The notes under the pieces: model-generated
Databases searched by the model: none
What the model was told of the DNA's origin: nothing
The model's input: the letters and a program-made list of their open reading frames with translations, nothing else
Source: Eledone cirrhosa
Taxonomy: Eukaryota
Assembly: GCA_964016885.1 (NCBI GenBank)
Contig: CAXHJY010000903.1
Coordinates: 1-64,000, forward strand
DNA: 64,000 bases
Direction: 5' to 3'
Part shown: positions 56,796-64,000 of the stretch, one piece after another
How positions within the stretch are numbered: position 1 is the first letter of the stretch
How the letters are laid out: the number at the start of each line of letters is the position of its first letter
Made by a program: the position numbers and the translations under genes

Positions 56796-57282
56796 TCTTC
56801 AATATATATAATGTTAATTGATATTGCAATTGTTTGTATAGTTGTTGTATTAGCTGTGGTAACAGTGATTATCGTGTTTGTTGTTGTAGTGATGGTGATG
56901 GTTGTGGTGGTGTTGGTGGTGTTACTAGCGATAGCGTTGTGATGGCTGTTAATATGGCGGCTGTTTTGGTCGTTGTTGTAATATTACGGTTGTAGTTAGT
57001 TGTTGTTACCGTATTATTTGTTTGTGATACTGGCCTTGTTAATGTTAATATTTCAGTTGTTGTAGGTATTAATGGTGTGAGTCATATCATATTGGCGGGC
57101 TGGTGTAGGTGTGATGTGGGGGCTACAGCTGTGGTGTATGTTGTTATTGTTGTTGCTAACATCCTCCATTCTTCCTGTCTCCACTCAACTATTTCCTTCT
57201 TTTTTTATAGAAACTATTTTATATCCTAGGAACTTATGATATTCCTGTAATCATACCGTTTCACATTAATATGTATGTTATG

Positions 57283-57366
<84 letters not shown>

Positions 57367-57662
57367 TGTGTGTATATGTGTGTGTGTGTATATTTATATA
57401 TGTGTGTGTATATGTATATATTTACAGAGAGAAGGATGATAGAGATAAATACAATTACACTACTATATATGTATAGATGCTTGTTGCAAACGTAGACACG
57501 CACACCCACTCACACACATAACCACACACACATACACACACATACACACACAAACACACACACACACACACATATATACATATATATATATGAAAACATA
57601 TCTATAGAGGTACATGAGTATGTATGTTTGTCATCCTGTTTTGACGTTTAGGATCTGCTCTG

Positions 57663-57741
<79 letters not shown>

Positions 57742-58310
57742 GTAACTCGCCACACATCATCACTGAAATTGTTCTACTAAATCACGGAAATAACAAATAT
57801 ATAATGAAATGCCGACATGTTTTGTTGTTCATTCCATTATTTTTCTATTATTTTCTATTTTACATTTATAGACTTCCTTCCAAATGAGTTTCCTATATAT
57901 TTTTTTTTATCTTTCTATCTTTTACTTCCCCAACAACAACGTCGATTCTCGTTTGAAATCCTACACGTTGATCTATATATTAGGCTATCAATTCCTCACC
58001 GAAACTAATCCCTCCATAAATAATACATCTGACACCATGTCGTTATTTTGACGCCTGCAATCTATAAATTATATGCTCAGCATTGTATTATTACTGTAAC
58101 AATTACAGTGGATTGCAAAACAAAATGGCGGTGGATAACACTTAGCGTTGCACGACCCATTGTGATCGCTCGTCTTGTAAAGTTATTGTTGAAAAATACG
58201 CTTTTAGTCACACTATATTCACCTAAAAAAAATGGCGAACATTCACTACGAATGAACTCAGAATATTATAAACATACGTACCACGACCTAACCTCTAGGC
58301 TGTGTGAGTG

Positions 58311-58341
<31 letters not shown>

Positions 58342-58366
58342 ATGTGTGTGTGTGTGTGCGTGTCTA

Positions 58367-58414
<48 letters not shown>

Positions 58415-59334
58415 TTTGTTTTATACTGACATCTTTACTATTACAAAATAAGAATACGTGTTTATAGAAACCACAGTGATATTAAACTCCTTCCCCATAT
58501 AATAGACGGGTAATCAATGTGCGTTTATATAAATATATAAAATGTTTGTCTGCGTGCTTTCATTTCTTTACATAATATATTTCATTTGTATACATATTCG
58601 TATTTACATATACTTAATCCAGAGAATGCTTTCAACTTGATCTGCCATCCACATGAAACTTTCAGATACGTTGTTGTGTTGTGTTGCATTTTTTTCACCC
58701 GGAAAACATTTCAAGGATTCAAATATAATTTTATATTCGACATCAAATTTGTTTATTCTCCTAAGTATTTATATTTAATTTAAATAATAACAAAACGCTT
58801 CAAGTTACGTGAGGTAATTTATGTAGCTAACACTTTTTTCGTTCAGTCTATTTAGATAAAGATTGTACATGTCAAAATATACACATATATGTAGGAAACA
58901 AAATGGCATTATTTTTTCCCCTTGTTTATTGTAAATAGCAAAAGCCCGTTTCAGCAAACTCCAATGTTATTGTATATGTCATTATTAGTTGTATATAATT
59001 AAGTTTAGATTATATTTCTCGTGATTGTGTTCTTAATGAATATAATTATCTCTGATCCAATCAGCTGTCACAGAAAAGTTTTTTTTGTTTGTTGTTCTTG
59101 TTTTCTTTTTCCACAATTTTTTTTTTTTTGGGGGGGGGTAATTATTTTTTCTACCTCTGACAATAATGTCAGATTGCACCGAATCACGTTTCAAATTACT
59201 TGAGGTTCTTTTTTTTTGTATATTTTTAATTGAGATATCTGCAACCTTGTAGATTTGTCAAATTGTTTTTCAAGAATACTTATAGGAAACAGATATCTAT
59301 TAAAAAAAATATCATGAAAACGAATCATATTTAA

Positions 59335-59625
59335 ATATGTTTAGCTTGTGAGATTAAGCGTGAAGACGGGGGAGTTTAGATGTTATACATGTTTCAGTAA
59401 TAAGATGTGGCCATGCTGGGGCACTGCTTTAAATGGATATGGTCGATTATGTTGGCTTCAATACTTATATATGGGAATTATTTTGTCGATCAAAATATGT
59501 TTGCTTGTGAAATTAAGTGAGAAAATGAAGGCAATTTAGATGATATAGATGTTTCAGTAATAAGAGTGAAACCATACTGCTTTAAATGGATATCGTCTAT
59601 TATATCAGCCTCCAATACTTATATT
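59335..59625. repeat. Diverged ~160-bp direct duplication
   Basis: atatgttt(a)gcttgtga...atgtttcagtaataaga...ctgctttaaatggatat...caatacttatat occurs twice. Confidence 0.7.
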
Positions 59626-59939
59626 ATATGTGATAAGTAGGGAATCCATTTTGACAACCATCATTTTTTTTTAAGGAAATCGATCGCTCATATCAAACAA
59701 TCTGTATATTGTTTTTAACATACTCATCATCAACAAGAACAACAGTAACAATAACAGGACAGTAGTTTAACGAGTGGGGGAGGTTGTTTATTAACAATCC
59801 CTGTACGATGCCTGAAGGATGAAAAGCAACGTTGACCTCGTCTGTATTTGAACACGTGGCGTAAATGGCCGTTAGCTAAATTCAACAAAATGTCTGTTCC
59901 CCTTCCCTCTCTGATAATCCATCGCCATATTAATAATAA

Positions 59940-60073
59940 TTAATTCTACGTTTGGCACAAGGCCAGCAATTATCCCAGTGCATTACTGGTATTTTATTTT
60001 CTCGACCCCGTAAGGATGAAAGGCAAATTCAACCTCGGCGGCCGACCCTCTACTGATACTGCCAATTCACCGG
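59940..60073 (-). mobile_element. SINE with internal deletion removing the B box
   Basis: cctcggcgg is joined directly to ccgaccctctac. Confidence 0.85.
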
Positions 60074-60084
60074 CCTGTAATACT

Positions 60085-61870
60085 ATAATAATAATAATAA
60101 TAATAATAACAGCAACAGCAACAACAACAGCAACAGTAGTAATAATGATGATAGTAGCAACAACAACATCAACAACAACAAAATAATAATAACAACACAG
60201 CAGCAACAGCATCAGTAGCAGCAACTATGATAATAATGATGATAGTAGCAACGACAACAACAACATCAACAACAAAATAATAATAACACAGCAGCAACAG
60301 CATTAGTAGCAGCAACTATGATTTTAATGATGATAGCAGCATCAGAAACAACAACAACAACAACAACAACAATAGCAACAGCAGTATCAACACAGCCACA
60401 ACAGCAGCAACTGTGATAATGATATTGATAATAGCAGCATCATCAACAAATACAATAATAATAGCAACAACTCAGCAGAAACAACAACAATAACAACAAC
60501 AACAACAGCAACAACAACAAAAGCACCAACAACAATACAGCAGCGAATACAACATCAACAACAATACAGCAGCAAATGCAACAACATCAAATGCAACAGC
60601 AACAACAATACAACAACAATGCAGCAGCAAATGCAACGACAACAACAATACAGCAGCAAATGCAACAGCAACAACAATACAGCAACAAATGCAATAGAAA
60701 CAACAATACAGCAACAAATGCAACAAAAACAACAATGCACAACAAATGCAACAGCACCAACAATACAGCAGCAAATGCAACAGCAACAACAATACAGCAA
60801 CAAATGCAATAGAAACAACAATACAGCAGCAAATGCAACAGCAACAACAATACAGCAACGAATGCAACAGCACCAACAATACAGCAGCAAATGCAACAGC
60901 AACAACAATACAGCAACAAATGCAATAGAAACAACAATACAGCAACAAATGCAACAAAAACAACAATGCACAACAAATGCAACAGCACCAACAATACAGC
61001 AGCAAATGCAACAGCAACAACAATACAGCAACAAAAGCAACAGCAACAACAATACAGCAGCAAATGCAACAGCAACAACAGTACAGAAACACATGCAACA
61101 TCACCAACAATGCAGCAACAAATGCAACAGCACCAACAATGCAGCAGCAAATGCAACAGCAACAAATGCAACAGCAACAACAATACAGCAACAAATGCAA
61201 CAGCAACAATGCACAACAAATGCAACAGCAACAACAATACAGCAGCAACAGCAACAACAATGCACAACAAATGCAACATCAACAACAATACAGCAGCAAA
61301 TGCAACAGCAACAACAATACAGCAACGAAAGCAACAGCAACGAAAGCAACAGCAACAAATGCAACAAAAACACCAATACAGCAACAAAAGCAACAGCAAC
61401 AACAATACAGCAGCAAATGCAACAGCAACAACAATACAGCAACAAATGCAACAGCACCAACAATACAGCAACAAATGCAACAGCACCAACAATACAGCAA
61501 CAAATGCAACAGCAACGAAAGCAACAGCAACAAATGCAACAAAAACACCAATACAGCAACAAAAGCAACAGCAACAACAATACAGCAGCAAATGCAACAG
61601 CAACAACAATACAGCAACAAATGCAACAGCACCAACAATACAGCAACAAATGCAACAGCACCAACAATACAGCAACAAATGCAACAGCACCAACAATACA
61701 GCAACAAATGCAACAGCAACAACAATACAGCAACGAAAGCAACAGCAACGAAAGCAACAGCAACAAATGCAACAAAAACACCAATACAGCAACAAAAGCA
61801 ACAGCAACAACAATGCACAACAAATGCAACAGCAACAACGACTGCAACAACAACAACTACAACAACAAGA
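60085..61870. repeat. (CAA/CAG)-derived compound minisatellite (~29-bp aacaatacagcagcaaatgcaacagcaac)
   Basis: Directly visible; open in most frames because of its composition. Confidence 0.9.
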
Positions 61871-62101
61871 GTAACTAAAATACTAATAATAATATGAAAA
61901 AAATATGATTAAAAGATTGGAAGCAAAAAATCGGATATGACTGTCTGGGAGTAGCATGTTGGAGTTGTTTCGTCTTTGAATAGATTCAGAGATTATGGAA
62001 ACCTGTCCTCTTACACACGGACACACACACACAATAACACTAACACTAACACACACACACATACACTAACACTAACACACACACACACACTAACACTAAC
62101 G

Positions 62102-62166
<65 letters not shown>

Positions 62167-62276
62167 TATATATATATTTATATATATAGAAAGAAAGCGA
62201 GTTGTAAAGATAGATGTATATATATAAAAATATATATATATATATATATATACACATACACACACACACACATATA

Positions 62277-62307
<31 letters not shown>

Positions 62308-62393
62308 GTATACATCTATATATATATAAATATATATATCTATATATATAAACACACAAATACACACAACATATATATATATATATGTATAAA

Positions 62394-62424
<31 letters not shown>

Positions 62425-62430
62425 TGATAG

Positions 62431-64000
62431 AGTAAGACACGCTTCGCATCGGCTCCGCTATTCCATCGGGATTTACCCTTACTATTGTAAGTACCGGATA
62501 AATTTTTTAGTGCAACACATTTGGAACACTAACCCCTGTTATTTAGGGAAACATTTTTGCATTTACCCCCTTTTTAGGGGGTAAAATAAATATCTATTTT
62601 TGCCGAAAAATTTCTTTCTTGGCAGCATGGCGGAAAAGATGGCAGACATGTCTGCCATTAGCTCTGCCACGCCCCCCAAGTCTGAAGAACAAAAAATAAT
62701 TACAACAAAATTAGACATTGAAACAAACAAACAAAATGAAAAAACAAATGTTAAGGAAAATGAGCAAACAGAAAACAAACAAACAGAAAATAATACAAAT
62801 AACGACAGGGCAACTTTCGCCCAGAAAACAAAGCAATCCATTACATACACACCAATTGACCTAACTGCCGCCAGAGAAAAACTGGCCGAAGCAAAGAAAC
62901 ATATTGTTTTGGGTGAGAACGGAATGTTTTCCATTAACTCTCCCCCAGAATTCAAGAAAGCCAGAGCAGAAAACACAGTTATATACAGAACTATACTAAA
63001 CCAGTCAAGAAAGCCAGCACAGCCCAGCCAAATGGAAATAGAGTTAGTCCTAAAAGACTATATGAAGAATATTCTCTTCATACGAAAGGACCGACTCTAT
63101 GGCAGCATTTCGGTCCTAACAAGAGACAAAGAAACCGCGGTTCAGCTTTCCCTAAGCCCACTCTCGTCGACAACATATAGCTTCTATCCCTCCTACATGG
63201 GTAGAAGAACACAGAGAATAAAAGTAAAAACAATGCTGCCCACAATGGACTTCTGGTGGGCTATTGCTGGCTTCATTGATATGGGCGAAGACACTATGCT
63301 GTCAATGGGGAAGGCAACTGGAGATGCGTTCCTGGGAATGGGCCTCGACATACTAGTCCAAATGAGGCCCGAAAGAATAGCACAAATCCCGGATCGCATC
63401 TGGCTGGATGACCTTACCCCAATAGACATAATTGTAGAGGGGAGAAGACCAGCATGCTATTTATGCATGGAAAGGGGACACGTTAAGGCTAACTGCCCGA
63501 AACGTATCCCCCAAAAAGGACTATTGCCCACACCCACCACAAACAGTACACCAGCACCACCCACCTCCAAAAATACACTAATACCACACACAGCAAACAA
63601 AATACAGACACCACCAACCACAAACACAACACAAACATCACCACCACCAGCACCAAACACAAGCACGACACAAAAATCACCACCACCAACCACAACACAA
63701 ACATCACCACCACCATTACCAACCACAAGCACGACACAAACATTACCACCACCACCACCACAAAACCCATTCCAAACAAATAATAAAAAAAACAGTAACA
63801 AATCTACCCCTCCCGCAAAAAAAAAACAACCACACAACACGTCCCTCCCACCTAGCGCTGAAGAGTTTCCCCCAACTTCTGAAGAAGAAGGAGGAGAAGC
63901 CTTCAGACAAGTTAAAAGAAAAAAAAGAAAACACACACCCAGCACACCACAAATAACCCACACACAAACACCAACTCCAATCAAAAACACCCCACCCTCA
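62431..64000 (+). mobile_element. 5' end of an L1/Tx1-type LINE (5' UTR + ORF1), continues beyond window
   Basis: Abrupt start after a (TC)n tract, ~200-bp UTR, then an uninterrupted ORF with a gag-like knuckle. Confidence 0.75.
62627..64000 (+). CDS. LINE ORF1 protein (partial, at least 458 aa) with CCHC zinc knuckle and Pro/Thr-rich tail
   Basis: MAEKMADMSAISSATPPKSEEQ...IPDRIWLDDLTPIDIIVEGRRPACYLCMERGHVKANCPK...FRQVKRKKRK; CX2CX4HX4C at 63455-63496; no stop before the window end, so it is absent from the ORF track. Confidence 0.85.
   Translation, partial: MAEKMADMSAISSATPPKSEEQKIITTKLDIETNKQNEKTNVKENEQTENKQTENNTNNDRATFAQKTKQSITYTPIDLTAAREKLAEAKKHIVLGENGMFSINSPPEFKKARAENTVIYRTILNQSRKPAQPSQMEIELVLKDYMKNILFIRKDRLYGSISVLTRDKETAVQLSLSPLSSTTYSFYPSYMGRRTQRIKVKTMLPTMDFWWAIAGFIDMGEDTMLSMGKATGDAFLGMGLDILVQMRPERIAQIPDRIWLDDLTPIDIIVEGRRPACYLCMERGHVKANCPKRIPQKGLLPTPTTNSTPAPPTSKNTLIPHTANKIQTPPTTNTTQTSPPPAPNTSTTQKSPPPTTTQTSPPPLPTTSTTQTLPPPPPQNPFQTNNKKNSNKSTPPAKKKQPHNTSLPPSAEEFPPTSEEEGGEAFRQVKRKKRKHTPSTPQITHTQTPTPIKNTPPS

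Noticed and set aside
60472-61897. Poly-Q/N or Cys-rich ORFs
   Set aside because: Open in nearly all six frames because of repeat composition; the unit length is not a multiple of three.
62563-63990. Minus-strand ORFs
   Set aside because: Antisense shadows of the plus-strand LINE ORF1.

Overview
AT-rich, microsatellite-saturated eukaryotic DNA, most likely a cephalopod (Octopus-like) genome; this is inferred from the repeat landscape and SINE families, not proven. Almost all ORFs in the supplied track are translations of simple repeats. Real coding signal is limited to retroelements: an intact L1/Tx1-type ORF1 with a CCHC knuckle open to the window end (62627-64000), and 3' remnants of CR1, CRE-like and R4/HERO-like LINEs. 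There are about 20 copies of one tRNA-derived SINE, a second CORE-like SINE, mariner-type MITEs (one with an internal 143-bp array), several minisatellites and a possible first exon of a minus-strand host gene near 5180. The main hidden structure is a set of about 12 type I hammerhead ribozyme (HHR) motifs from at least five sequence families. Two families carry the compensatory U3-A8 core, and several motifs sit as outward-facing pairs in fold-back elements next to or inside (TA)n arrays, consistent with non-autonomous Penelope-like/retrozyme elements. All structures were read by eye; none were computed or searched.
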